64,000 nucleotides of DNA from positions 351,849 to 415,848 of the forward strand of contig JACKIC010000007.1 of the NCBI GenBank assembly GCA_020638655.1. Direction: 5' to 3'. Positions 18,488-28,727 of this stretch are shown one piece after another. The notes below the pieces were generated by a model. The model was not told where the DNA came from. It searched no databases and saw only the letters and a list, made by a program, of their open reading frames with translations. A program made the translations under genes and the position numbers. How positions within the stretch are numbered: position 1 is the first letter of the stretch; the number at the start of each line of letters is the position of its first letter. The stretch is from Planctomycetota bacterium. GTDB lineage: Bacteria > Planctomycetota > UBA1135 > UBA2386.

Positions 18488-19549
18488 TCAGCCGGCCGGT
18501 GCGCCGGCCGGCGGCGGCGACTGCCGCAGCCGCAGTTGGCCGCACGCGGCCGAACGATCGGCGCCGCGCTGGCGGCGCACGGTCACCTTGAGGCCGCCGG
18601 CGCGCAGCGCCGCGGCGAAGGCGTCGACCCGCAGCGTCTGCGGGCGGCGCAGGCCCTCGCGGGCGACGATCTCCTCGACCGGGTTCCAGGGGATCAGGTT
18701 CACCGTGCAGGGCAGCTGGCCGAGCAGCGCGATCATCGCGTCGGCATCGCGCGGGCGGTCGTTCTTGCCGTCGAGCAGCACGACCTCGTAGGTGACCTCG
18801 CGACCCTTCTGGCCGAAGTAGCGGTGCGCGGCGGCGACGATCTCGGCGACCGGGCTGGTCGCGGTGGGCACGAGCTGCTTGCGCAACCGGTCGTCGGCGG
18901 CGTGCAGGGACACGGCCAGGTTGTAGGAAGGGTCCGCGGCCGCGAAGCGCTCCATCTGCCGGGGATAGCCCGAGGTGCTGACGGTGATGCGGCGCGCGCC
19001 CATGCCGATGCCGTCCGGGTCGTGGATGCGGCGCAGCGCCGGCAGCAGACCGTCGAGATTGAGCATCGGCTCGCCCATGCCCATCACCACCAGGTTGGTG
19101 AGGCGCCGGCCCTCACCGAGCCGCGCGCGCGCGTGCAGCACCTGCTCGGCGATCTCCGCCGCGGTCAGGTTGCGGCGCACCCCGAACATGCCCGAGGCGC
19201 AGAACACGCAGCCGACGGGGCAGCCGACCTGCGTCGAGATGCACAGCGTGGTCCGTTCGCCGTCGGGGATGATCACGCACTCGACGGTCTCGCCGTCGCC
19301 GAACTCGACCAGCAGCTTCTCGGTGCCGTCCTCGGCGAGGTCGGCGTGGCGCACGCGGGACGCCTGCACCGCATGGGCCGCGGCCAGCGCGTCGCGCAGC
19401 CGGGCCGGAACGTTGCGCATCTGCGCGTAGTCGGTGACGCCGTGCTTCCACAACCAGTGGGCGACCTGGCGCGCCTGGAAGGCCTTGCCGCCGGCCTGGA
19501 CGACCAGGTCCTGCAGTTCGGCGTCCGACAGTTCGGTCAGGGCGGTCAT
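18488..19549 (-). CDS. rlmN: 23S rRNA/tRNA m2A methyltransferase, radical SAM
   Basis: 353 aa with CPVGCVFCASG radical-SAM cluster motif and RlmN-type N- and C-terminal blocks. Confidence 0.92.
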   Translation of the reverse strand: MTALTELSDAELQDLVVQAGGKAFQARQVAHWLWKHGVTDYAQMRNVPARLRDALAAAHAVQASRVRHADLAEDGTEKLLVEFGDGETVECVIIPDGERTTLCISTQVGCPVGCVFCASGMFGVRRNLTAAEIAEQVLHARARLGEGRRLTNLVVMGMGEPMLNLDGLLPALRRIHDPDGIGMGARRITVSTSGYPRQMERFAAADPSYNLAVSLHAADDRLRKQLVPTATSPVAEIVAAAHRYFGQKGREVTYEVVLLDGKNDRPRDADAMIALLGQLPCTVNLIPWNPVEEIVAREGLRRPQTLRVDAFAAALRAGGLKVTVRRQRGADRSAACGQLRLRQSPPPAGAPAG

Positions 19550-19607
19550 CGGGTGCGGCTGGCAGCCGTCCGCAGACGGCGCCCTTGGCGTCCTCGGGCT
19601 GGTGTCC

Positions 19608-20912
<1,305 letters not shown>

Positions 20913-21062
20913 GTTCGGCGCCTCGGTGGGGATTGAGGGAACTCGCGGTCGGGAACGGCCCCGGCCGCCTGCAGTGTAACGTCGCCGGGTGGGGGGACGA
21001 TCGGCGGCCGGTATTTCTTCCGGGTCGTTGGTTTCGACCCGCGTGGTTCACCGCGCTCCGCC

Positions 21063-21662
21063 TCACTTGCTCGTCTGCACGATCTCGTCGATCAGGCCGT
21101 AGTCCTTGGCTTCCTGCGGCCCCATGAAGAAGTCGCGGTCGCTGTCCTTGCTGACCTCGTCGGCGTCGCGGCCGCAGTGCGTGCCGAGGATCTGGCTCAG
21201 CGTCTGCTTGAGGCGCAGGATCTCGTCGGCCTGGATGGAGATGTCCATTGCGGTGCCGCCGACGCCGCCCCACGGCTGGTGGATCATGATGCGCGAGTGC
21301 GGCAACGCGTGGCGCTTGCCCTTGTTGCCCGCCGCGAGCAGCACGGCGCCCATCGAGGCGGCCTGGCCGATGCAGTAGGTCGCGACGGGGCACTGCACGA
21401 ACTGGATCGTGTCGTAGATCGCCAGGCCCGCCGTGACGCTGCCGCCCGGCGTGTTCAGGAACAGGTTGATGTCCTGGCTCTTGTTCTCCTTCTGCAGGAA
21501 CAGGAGCTGGGCGATCACCGAGTTGGCGACGCCGTCGTCGATCGGCGAGCCGATGAAGACGATGCGATCCTCGAGCAGGCGGCTGTAGATGTCGTACTGC
21601 CGTTCGCCGCGGCCGGTCTTCTCGATGACGAAGGGGATGATGTAGTCGTTGGCGATGCTCAT
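21063..21662 (-). CDS. clpP: ATP-dependent Clp protease proteolytic subunit
   Basis: [12 protein letters not shown] (active-site Ser) and IMIHQP (His). Start taken at [14 protein letters not shown], 49 codons inside ORF 21063..21809. Confidence 0.96.
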   Translation of the reverse strand: MSIANDYIIPFVIEKTGRGERQYDIYSRLLEDRIVFIGSPIDDGVANSVIAQLLFLQKENKSQDINLFLNTPGGSVTAGLAIYDTIQFVQCPVATYCIGQAASMGAVLLAAGNKGKRHALPHSRIMIHQPWGGVGGTAMDISIQADEILRLKQTLSQILGTHCGRDADEVSKDSDRDFFMGPQEAKDYGLIDEIVQTSK

Positions 21663-21839
21663 GGGCGCAGGTTCGCTGGGAACGTGGGTCGCTCGGTCAG
21701 TGCTTGGGTGTCGCGGGCGCTGCTGTCGCGCCGTTGGAAGGTGGCCGCTCGTCGTCGGCGGCACCCCCCGGACCGGCGGTGCCGTGCGGCCGGGTGGCCG
21801 GGCGGGCACCGCTGCTCATGGGCGGAGTCGCGACTTCGA

Positions 21840-23153
21840 TCAACTGCCCTTCTTATCGACGATCGTGGCTTTCTCTCTGAGGAAATCACGGACCTTGCGC
21901 TCGAGCAGGCCCAACCGCAGCTCGCCGAGCTGCTTGTTCTGCTCGAGGTGGTCGCGCACCTGGGCGGCGCTGATCACCCGGCCCTCGCCGCTGTTGGCGG
22001 CGGCGATGGCCCGCAGTTCGGCGTCGACGTCGCCCTCGGTCACGAACAGCTTCTGCTGCTTGGCGACCGACTCGATCAGGAAGAACAGGCGCACGCGGCG
22101 CTCGGCGTCCTGCTGGGCCTCGGCGTCCGACTCCTCGATCTTCTTGCCGATCTCCTCCTCGGACATGCCGTTCTGCTTCATGCGCTCGGCGAAGGATGCC
22201 AGGCTGGCATGCTTCTGCTCCTCGACGAGCGAGGGCGGCAGCTGGATCTGGTGCGCCTCGAGCAGCTTGCCCAGGCACTGCTCCTCCTGGCGCTGCTTGC
22301 CCAGGCGCTGCTTCTCCTGGCCGATGCGGGCGCCGAGGTCGGCGCGCAGCGCGGCGACGTCGTCGAACTCCAGGCCCTTGGCGAGGGCCTCGTCGATCGG
22401 CGCCGGCATCACGCGCAGCACCTCGTGCACCTGCAGCGTCGCGGTGCCCTTCTGGCCGCGCACCGCGGTCTTCTCGAAGGTCTCCGGGAACGTCAGCGGC
22501 ACCTCGCGGCTGTCGCCGGCCTTGGCGCCAAGCGTCGCGGTCTTGTAGGCCTCGGGTTCGGCGCCGTGCAGGGCGATGCGCGTGTTCAGCTGCACGCCCT
22601 TGCGCTCGTGCACGACCTCGCCGCCTTCGGTGCGGAAGGTCATGTCGCAGCGCAGGAAGTCGCCGTCCTCGGCCGGCTCGGTGGTCGGCTGGATCGACCG
22701 CTTCTGGTGCGCGATCTCCTTGAGCGCGTTGTCGATGTCGGCCTCGGTGGCCTCGGTCTCGACCGCGTCGATCTGCAGGCCGGTGACCGTGCCGAGCTCG
22801 AACTCGGGTCGCACGTCGATGCGGGCCGTGAACTGCAGCTGCGTGCCCGGCGCGACGGTGATGTTCTCGAACTCGTCGATCGTGATGCGACCGACGGGGT
22901 TCAGGTCCTTGCTGCGCACGGCTTCGCCGAAGAAGCGGTTGAGCAGCTGCTCCTTGGCCTCGGCGAGGATGCCGTCGCCGAAGCGCTTCTGGATCACGTG
23001 CCGCGGCACCTTGCCGGCGCGGAAGCCCTTGATCTGGATCTGCTTCTGCGCCGCTCCATACATCTGCTCGATCTGTTCGTCGACGAGCGCAGGGGGCACG
23101 GTGATGGTGAGAGCGCGGCTGCAGGGGCCGGTCTCGGCGACCTGGACTTCCAT
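21840..23153 (-). CDS. tig: Trigger factor
   Basis: MEVQVAETGPCSRALTITVP start, GFRAGKVP ribosome-binding signature, tig-clpP-clpX gene order. Confidence 0.93.
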   Translation of the reverse strand: MEVQVAETGPCSRALTITVPPALVDEQIEQMYGAAQKQIQIKGFRAGKVPRHVIQKRFGDGILAEAKEQLLNRFFGEAVRSKDLNPVGRITIDEFENITVAPGTQLQFTARIDVRPEFELGTVTGLQIDAVETEATEADIDNALKEIAHQKRSIQPTTEPAEDGDFLRCDMTFRTEGGEVVHERKGVQLNTRIALHGAEPEAYKTATLGAKAGDSREVPLTFPETFEKTAVRGQKGTATLQVHEVLRVMPAPIDEALAKGLEFDDVAALRADLGARIGQEKQRLGKQRQEEQCLGKLLEAHQIQLPPSLVEEQKHASLASFAERMKQNGMSEEEIGKKIEESDAEAQQDAERRVRLFFLIESVAKQQKLFVTEGDVDAELRAIAAANSGEGRVISAAQVRDHLEQNKQLGELRLGLLERKVRDFLREKATIVDKKGS

Positions 23154-23226
23154 GGTGTGTCGGAGCTTGGCGAATGGGGGGCGACGGCTCCCAGGCAGCG
23201 GGACCCGGCGCGAATTGGGGGCGAGC

Positions 23227-23255
23227 ATCTTGGCGGGGGCGTGGGGCCCGGTCAA
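23227..23255 (-). promoter_or_regulatory. Candidate sigma-70-type promoter for tig (TTGACC-N17-CAAGAT on the minus strand)
   Basis: Hexamers read directly with 17-nt spacing, about 75 nt upstream of the tig ATG. The -35 TTG is the false start used by the ORF track. Confidence 0.3.
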
Positions 23256-23316
23256 GGCGACAACGGGTTCGCGGCCGAATGCGGCCCTGGGGGGGCGGGG
23301 CGCCGGCGGGGGGCGG

Positions 23317-24624
23317 CTACTTGGGGGCCTGTTCCTTGGCCTGCTGCTGCAGGAACGAGCGCACCTTCTCCTGGTCGAGCAGCACCCGCACCGCCTCGTC
23401 GTCCTGGCCGATCGCGACGATGTCGGCGACCAGCATGCCCGAGTTCTTCATGTGCTTGATCGCGTTCGAGGTCTTGCGGCGATGGGCCTCGCACTTGATC
23501 AGGCCGACGTAGGCGCGGCGCGACATCGACGGGCCGTTGGTGAACTCGAGGATCTTCTCGTAGTCGTCGGCCGCATCGGCGAACTCGCCGATCTCGAACT
23601 GCAGGCTCGCGCGCAGCTCGAACAGGGTCGCGTCGCGGCGCCGGTTGGGCTTGCGCAGCAGGTCGGTCAGCTGGCGCGTGACCTTGGTGACGCCCTGCTT
23701 CTCGCCGAGCGAGCGCATGGTCACCGCCGCCTCGACGCTGATCGAGCTCGGCTCGCCGTCGACGATCAGCTCCTGCAGGCGCCGCACCGTCGGTTCGTGG
23801 TCGTGCGGCGCGATCGTGGCGAGGCTGCGCACCAGTCGGCGGGTGTCCTGGTAGTCGAGCTTCTCGCGGTCGAGCAGCGGCAACAACGCCCGCGCGACGG
23901 CGTCGTTGCCGCGCACCGCGGCGGCGAAGTAGTCGATGTAGAGCGCCAGCAGCCGCTCGTCGGTCTCGGTGGCGAGCGCCTGCGCCACGGTGGTCGCGAC
24001 CTGCGGCGGTCGCGCGGCGACCAGATAGCGCAGCACCTCCTCGCGCACGCCGCGGTCGCTCGAGCCGAGCATGCCGACGACCTTGCCCGCGACCTGCGCG
24101 GCCTCGCGTTGGCGCAGCCCGCGCAGCACCAGCAGCCGTTCGTCGCCGGTGGTGCGCTCGAACAGGTCGCCGAGCACCTGCGCGGCGCGCGGCGTGTCGG
24201 CGTGGCCGAGCAGCCGGATCGCGTGCTCGCGGGCGGTGCCGGCCTTGCCGTTGGCCATCTCCGTCAGCGCGTCGAGGAACGACGCGGGGTCGAGGTGCTC
24301 GAGCACCCGGCGGCAGTTGGCGGCGAGGTTGCGCGAGGCGTCGCCGCCCTGCACGGGCTGCAGCTTCTCGAGCAGGAGCGGCACGATCGAGTCGCCGAGC
24401 GCCGCGACCTCCTTGATCTTCTTGTCGAGGAAGTCCGGGTTGTTGCGGTAGTCCAGGGCCAGGTCGGCCCAGAACGGCAGCAGCGCCTTCTCCTGCTCGG
24501 GGCGGACCCGCTCGGCGCGCGCGCGCGCGACCTTGGCCAGTTCGGCCAGGGACACCTGCGCCGCCGAGAACTGGCCCAGCGACAGCGAACACGACAGCAC
24601 CAGCAGCGACCACCTCACGGACAT
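23317..24624 (-). CDS. Secreted HEAT/ARM-like helical-repeat protein
   Basis: Signal peptide MSVRWSLLVLSCSLSLGQFSAAQ. Repeated LL..L.D.d..VR helical motifs. ORF 23317..26250 upstream of this Met is the antisense shadow of mnmG. Confidence 0.6.
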   Translation of the reverse strand: MSVRWSLLVLSCSLSLGQFSAAQVSLAELAKVARARAERVRPEQEKALLPFWADLALDYRNNPDFLDKKIKEVAALGDSIVPLLLEKLQPVQGGDASRNLAANCRRVLEHLDPASFLDALTEMANGKAGTAREHAIRLLGHADTPRAAQVLGDLFERTTGDERLLVLRGLRQREAAQVAGKVVGMLGSSDRGVREEVLRYLVAARPPQVATTVAQALATETDERLLALYIDYFAAAVRGNDAVARALLPLLDREKLDYQDTRRLVRSLATIAPHDHEPTVRRLQELIVDGEPSSISVEAAVTMRSLGEKQGVTKVTRQLTDLLRKPNRRRDATLFELRASLQFEIGEFADAADDYEKILEFTNGPSMSRRAYVGLIKCEAHRRKTSNAIKHMKNSGMLVADIVAIGQDDEAVRVLLDQEKVRSFLQQQAKEQAPK

Positions 24625-24840
24625 GGCCGCAGATCCTAGCAAACGGTGGCGCACAAGTGCCGCCGCGATCTTGCCGATAGCAGGGGCATGTGGAACTACG
24701 TCCTGCGCCACTACCAGCTGCTGCGCGCGATCTACGCCCGTTCGACGCCCGACCACGGCTGAGCAGGCGGACCCCGCCGCCGGCCCGTCCGGGCCACTGC
24801 GCCCTTGCGCGGCGCCCGTCCGCCGCGTAGCGGTGGCGCG

Positions 24841-26649
24841 GTGACCGCGGACTTCGACGTGCTGGTGATCGGTGGTGGCCACGCCGGCGTGGAGGCGGCG
24901 ACGGCCGCGGCGCGACTCGGCTGCCGCACCGGCATGGTCGTGCTCGACCCGGCGGCGATCGGCCGCATGTCGTGCAACCCCGCGATCGGCGGCCTGGCCA
25001 AGGGCCAGCTGGTGCGGGAGGTCGACGCGCTCGGCGGCGAGATGGGGCTGTGCACCGACAACACCGGCATCCAGTTCCGCATGCTGAACACCAGCAAGGG
25101 GCCCGCGGTGCGCTCGCCGCGCGCGCAGTGCGACCGGCGCGACTACAACCGGGTGATGGTGCAGCGCGTGCTCGGCTACGCCAACCTGCAGGTGATCGCC
25201 GGCGAGGCCGTGCGGCTGCTGCCGCGCGCCGGCGGCGAGGCGATCGACGGCGTCGAGCTGGCTGATGGCCAGCGCCTGCTGGCCAAGGCCGTGGTGCTGA
25301 CCACGGGCACGTTCCTCGGCGGGCGCCTGTTCGCGGGTGCGTGGGACGAGCCGGGCGGTCGCTACGGCGAACGTCCCGCGGCGGCGATCAGCACCTCGCT
25401 GCGCGAGCTCGGGCTGCGGCTCGGGCGGCACAAGACCGGCACGCCACCGCGCCTGCGCCGCGACTCGATCGACTTCGGCGGCCTCGAGGAACAGCCCGGC
25501 GACGCGGCGCCGCAGCCGTTCTCGTTCCGCACCGCGCGGCTGCAGGTCGAGCAGCTGCCGTGCTGGCTGACCCGCACCACCGCGGCGACGCACGCGGTGA
25601 TCCGCGAGCACGCGCACCTGTCGCCGATGTTCGCGGGCCGCATCGTCGGCGTCGGCCCGCGCTACTGCCCGAGCGTCGAGGACAAGGTCGTGCGCTTCGC
25701 CGAGCAGCCGTCGCACGTCGTGTTCCTCGAGCCCGAGGGGCGCGACAGCGACGAGGTCTATCCCAACGGCCTGTCGACGAGCCTGCCCGAGGACGTGCAG
25801 CTGCAGTTCCTGCGCACGATCCCGGGGCTCGAACGCGTCGAGGTGCTGCGGCCGGGCTACGCGGTCGAATACGACTACATCCTCACCGACCAGATCCGCG
25901 GCGACCTGCACACCGCGGCGCTGCGCGGCCTGTTCGCGGCCGGGCAGATCAATGGCACCAGCGGCTACGAAGAGGCCGCGGGGCAGGGCCTCGTCGCCGG
26001 TCTCAACGCGGCGCGGTTCGCGCGCGGCCAGGAGCCCGTGGTCTTCGATCGCGCGACTGCCTACCTCGGCGTGATGGTCGACGACCTCTGCCGCGTCAAC
26101 CCGAGCGAGCCGTACCGGATGTTCACGAGCCGCGCCGAGTTCCGCCTGCTGCTGCGCAGCGACAACGCCGATCGCCGGCTGACGCCGCTCGGCGAACGGC
26201 TCGGCCTCGTCGATCCCGCCGCGGCCGCCGCGGTGCGCGACAAGGAGCACCGCATCCGTGGCGCCCTGCGCTGGCTCGAGCAGGCGCGCCGTCAGGGGCG
26301 CACGCTGACCGAATGGCTGCGCCGGCCCGAGGTGACCACCGCCGACCTGCTGGCGTGGGACGAGACGTTCGCGGGCATGACCCTGTCGAGCGCCGAGCTC
26401 AACGAGGTCGAGGCCGAGGTCAAGTACGCGGGCTACATCGATCGCCAGGCGATGGAGGTCGAGCGGCTGCAGCGGCTCGAGGGCAAACGCATCCCCGATG
26501 CGTTCGACTACGTCGCCCTGCCGGGGCTCAGCAACGAGGCGCGCGCGCGCCTGCAGCAGCGGCGGCCGCTGACGCTCGGCGAGGCATCGCGCATCGCGGG
26601 GGTGCGCCAGGCCGACGTGCAGCTGCTGCTGGTCGCGATCAGCCGCTGA
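24841..26649 (+). CDS. mnmG: tRNA uridine-5-carboxymethylaminomethyl modification enzyme MnmG (GidA)
   Basis: FDVLVIGGGHAGVEAA FAD motif followed by GGLAKGQLVREVDALGG. GTG start at 24841 preferred over the TTG at 24805. Confidence 0.95.
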   Translation: MTADFDVLVIGGGHAGVEAATAAARLGCRTGMVVLDPAAIGRMSCNPAIGGLAKGQLVREVDALGGEMGLCTDNTGIQFRMLNTSKGPAVRSPRAQCDRRDYNRVMVQRVLGYANLQVIAGEAVRLLPRAGGEAIDGVELADGQRLLAKAVVLTTGTFLGGRLFAGAWDEPGGRYGERPAAAISTSLRELGLRLGRHKTGTPPRLRRDSIDFGGLEEQPGDAAPQPFSFRTARLQVEQLPCWLTRTTAATHAVIREHAHLSPMFAGRIVGVGPRYCPSVEDKVVRFAEQPSHVVFLEPEGRDSDEVYPNGLSTSLPEDVQLQFLRTIPGLERVEVLRPGYAVEYDYILTDQIRGDLHTAALRGLFAAGQINGTSGYEEAAGQGLVAGLNAARFARGQEPVVFDRATAYLGVMVDDLCRVNPSEPYRMFTSRAEFRLLLRSDNADRRLTPLGERLGLVDPAAAAAVRDKEHRIRGALRWLEQARRQGRTLTEWLRRPEVTTADLLAWDETFAGMTLSSAELNEVEAEVKYAGYIDRQAMEVERLQRLEGKRIPDAFDYVALPGLSNEARARLQQRRPLTLGEASRIAGVRQADVQLLLVAISR

Positions 26650-26661
26650 GCGCGGCGCCGC

Positions 26662-27252
26662 TCACATCTGCAGCACGAACTTGACCAGCGCCTCGGTGTC
26701 GTCGCCGGGCACGCTGCGGCGCGCCTTCTCGACCCGCTCGCGCGCGTCCTTCTCGCTGTAGCCGAGCGTGATCAGCGCCGCGATCGCGTCGTCGGCGGTG
26801 CGCGACGGCAGCGGCCGGCTCGGCGAGGCGCCGGCCTCGACCTCGAGCTGCAGCTTGTGCATCGCGTCGCGCAGCTCCAGACAGATGCGTTCGGAGGTCT
26901 TCTGGCCGACGCCCTTGACGCGCTTGAGCGCGGGGCTGTCGCCGGCGGCGATCGCCGCGGCGAGGTCGTGCGGCGAGTAGACGCTGAGCAGGGCCAGCGC
27001 GATCGTCGGGCCGACGCCGGACACCGACAGCACCTTGCGCGCGATCTCGCGTTCGGCGCGCGTCGAGAACGCCAGCAGCGACGGCACGCTGTCGACGACG
27101 TGCAGCAGGGTGAACAGCTGGTGCTCCGCGCCGACCTGCAGCTCACCGGCGGTGTGCAGGGAGATGCGGCACTCGTAGCCGACCCCGCCGCAGCGCACCA
27201 CGGCGCGCGAGGCGTGCTTCTCGACGATCGGGCCGATCAGGTGGTCGTACAT
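26662..27252 (-). CDS. ruvA: Holliday junction DNA helicase subunit RuvA
   Basis: 196 aa. MYDHLIGPIVEK start, tandem HhH motifs (VSGVGPTIALALL, VKGVGQKTSERI), C-terminal domain III. Confidence 0.93.
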   Translation of the reverse strand: MYDHLIGPIVEKHASRAVVRCGGVGYECRISLHTAGELQVGAEHQLFTLLHVVDSVPSLLAFSTRAEREIARKVLSVSGVGPTIALALLSVYSPHDLAAAIAAGDSPALKRVKGVGQKTSERICLELRDAMHKLQLEVEAGASPSRPLPSRTADDAIAALITLGYSEKDARERVEKARRSVPGDDTEALVKFVLQM

Positions 27253-27305
27253 GCAGCGCCGTGCTGGCGGGCGCCGCAGCGCCCGCGTTCAGCGACCCGA
27301 GCCGA

Positions 27306-28622
27306 TCAGCCGCGCAGCGACAGACCCAGCTCGTCGAGCTTGGTCTTGATCTCGTTGAGCGAGGTCTGGCCGAAGTTCGGGCAGGCCAGCAGCTCGGCTT
27401 CGGTCTTGCTCGACAGGTCGCCGATCGTGCGGATCTTGAGCAGGTCGACGATGCGGCGGCTGCGCACCGACAGGTCCAGCTCGGTGATCGGCCGACGGAT
27501 CGGGTCCGGGCTCTCGGGGTCCGGCGCCTCTTCGGTGTGCACGACGGGCTCGCTGGCCTCGCCGAGGTCCTTGCTCATGAGCTCGTCGGCGGTCATGCCC
27601 AGGCGCAGCCCCTTGATCTTGAGGATGTCCTTGATCTCGTTGAGCGAGGTCTCGCCGAAGTTCTTGTAGCTGAGCAGCTCGGCCTCGGTCTTCTTCACCA
27701 GGTCGCCGAGCGACTTGATGTTCATCTTCGCGAGGCAGTTGCGGCTGCGCACCGACAGCTCGAAGTCGTTGATCGGGGTGCGCAGGAGCTTGTTGCGCTT
27801 GTCGTCGCGGCGCTCCTGGTCCTCGTCGTAGTACATGTTCAGCGCGGCGGCGGCGTCGCGGCGGAACAGGCGCGCGCGCGCGTTCTCCGGGTTGGCCTGC
27901 AGCGCCAGGTCGAAGCACTGCATCGCGCGGCGGTAGTTGCCGATGTCCTCGTAGAGGATGCCCAGGTTGACGACGCAGGCGGCGTTGACGGGCGGCAGCA
28001 TCAGCGCGCGCTCGTAGAGCTCGCGGGCCTCCTCGTCCTCGCCGCGCAGGTCGACGTTCACGGCCAGGCGGAACAGCGCGTAGCGGTGGTTGGGGTCGAG
28101 CGCCAGCACGTCGTCGTAGCAGGCGATCGCGCCTTCGCTGTCGCGGCGCAGTTCGCGCACGCGGCCGTCGAAGTACTTGCGGTCGGTTTCGCCGAGGTGG
28201 GTGCCGAGCTTGGCCAGGTCGGCCGCCAGGCGTTCGCCGTCGCCGATCGAGTCGAGCGCGCGCAGCCACGACAGCGCCTGCGCGGCGTCGGTGCTGCGCT
28301 TGGCGAGGATCGAGTCGACCTGGTCGATGTGGCCGAGCGCGGCGTGGTTGTCGGCGAGGCACAGGGCCACGGCCGGGTTGCTGCGTTCAGGTTCGAGCAG
28401 CGCCACCGACTCGGCGTGGCGGCCGAGCGCCCACAGCGCGACGCCGCGGGCGACGCCCTTGGCCATCGGCGTGCTGAGCCAGTCGCGCAACTCCTCGACG
28501 GAGTCGACCGTCTGGAACACCGCCTTGCGGAAGGCGTCGAGCTTGGCCTGATTGATTTCCCCGGCGAGCAGCGCCGAGGGGTCGAGCGAAGGAAGGGGTT
28601 CGTTCGTGACCGTGTCCGTCAT
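27306..28622 (-). CDS. TPR-repeat protein with two tandem RNA polymerase alpha-subunit C-terminal domains
   Basis: The N-terminal roughly 270 aa are TPR-like. Then LLRTPINDFELSVRSRNCLAKMNIKSLGDLVKKTEAELLSYKNFGETSLNEIKDILKIKGLRLGM and ITELDLSVRSRRIVDLLKIRTIGDLSSKTEAELLACPNFGQTSLNEIKTKLDELGLSL. Both align with E. coli alpha-CTD ([48 protein letters not shown]). Confidence 0.85.
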   Translation of the reverse strand: MTDTVTNEPLPSLDPSALLAGEINQAKLDAFRKAVFQTVDSVEELRDWLSTPMAKGVARGVALWALGRHAESVALLEPERSNPAVALCLADNHAALGHIDQVDSILAKRSTDAAQALSWLRALDSIGDGERLAADLAKLGTHLGETDRKYFDGRVRELRRDSEGAIACYDDVLALDPNHRYALFRLAVNVDLRGEDEEARELYERALMLPPVNAACVVNLGILYEDIGNYRRAMQCFDLALQANPENARARLFRRDAAAALNMYYDEDQERRDDKRNKLLRTPINDFELSVRSRNCLAKMNIKSLGDLVKKTEAELLSYKNFGETSLNEIKDILKIKGLRLGMTADELMSKDLGEASEPVVHTEEAPDPESPDPIRRPITELDLSVRSRRIVDLLKIRTIGDLSSKTEAELLACPNFGQTSLNEIKTKLDELGLSLRG

Positions 28623-28727
28623 CGATGGTCCTGCGTGTACGCACCGCGACGGTCTGCAGCGACATGCTGCACCCGGCGCGGGCGGCCGAATTGGGGCGGG
28701 AAGGTTAGGGGAGGGGGCCCTATCCGG

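Noticed and set aside
21021-21041. 7-bp stem hairpin (cgggtcg-ttggttt-cgacccg) between clpP and clpX as a terminator
   Set aside because: No U-tract follows it on the minus-strand transcript, and clpP and clpX are normally co-transcribed. It may be a processing or attenuation site, but I cannot support a call.
23317-26250. 977-aa minus-strand ORF
   Set aside because: It is a chimera. Only the last 435 codons, from the signal-peptide Met at 24624, look like a protein. The upstream 540 codons are the antisense shadow of mnmG.
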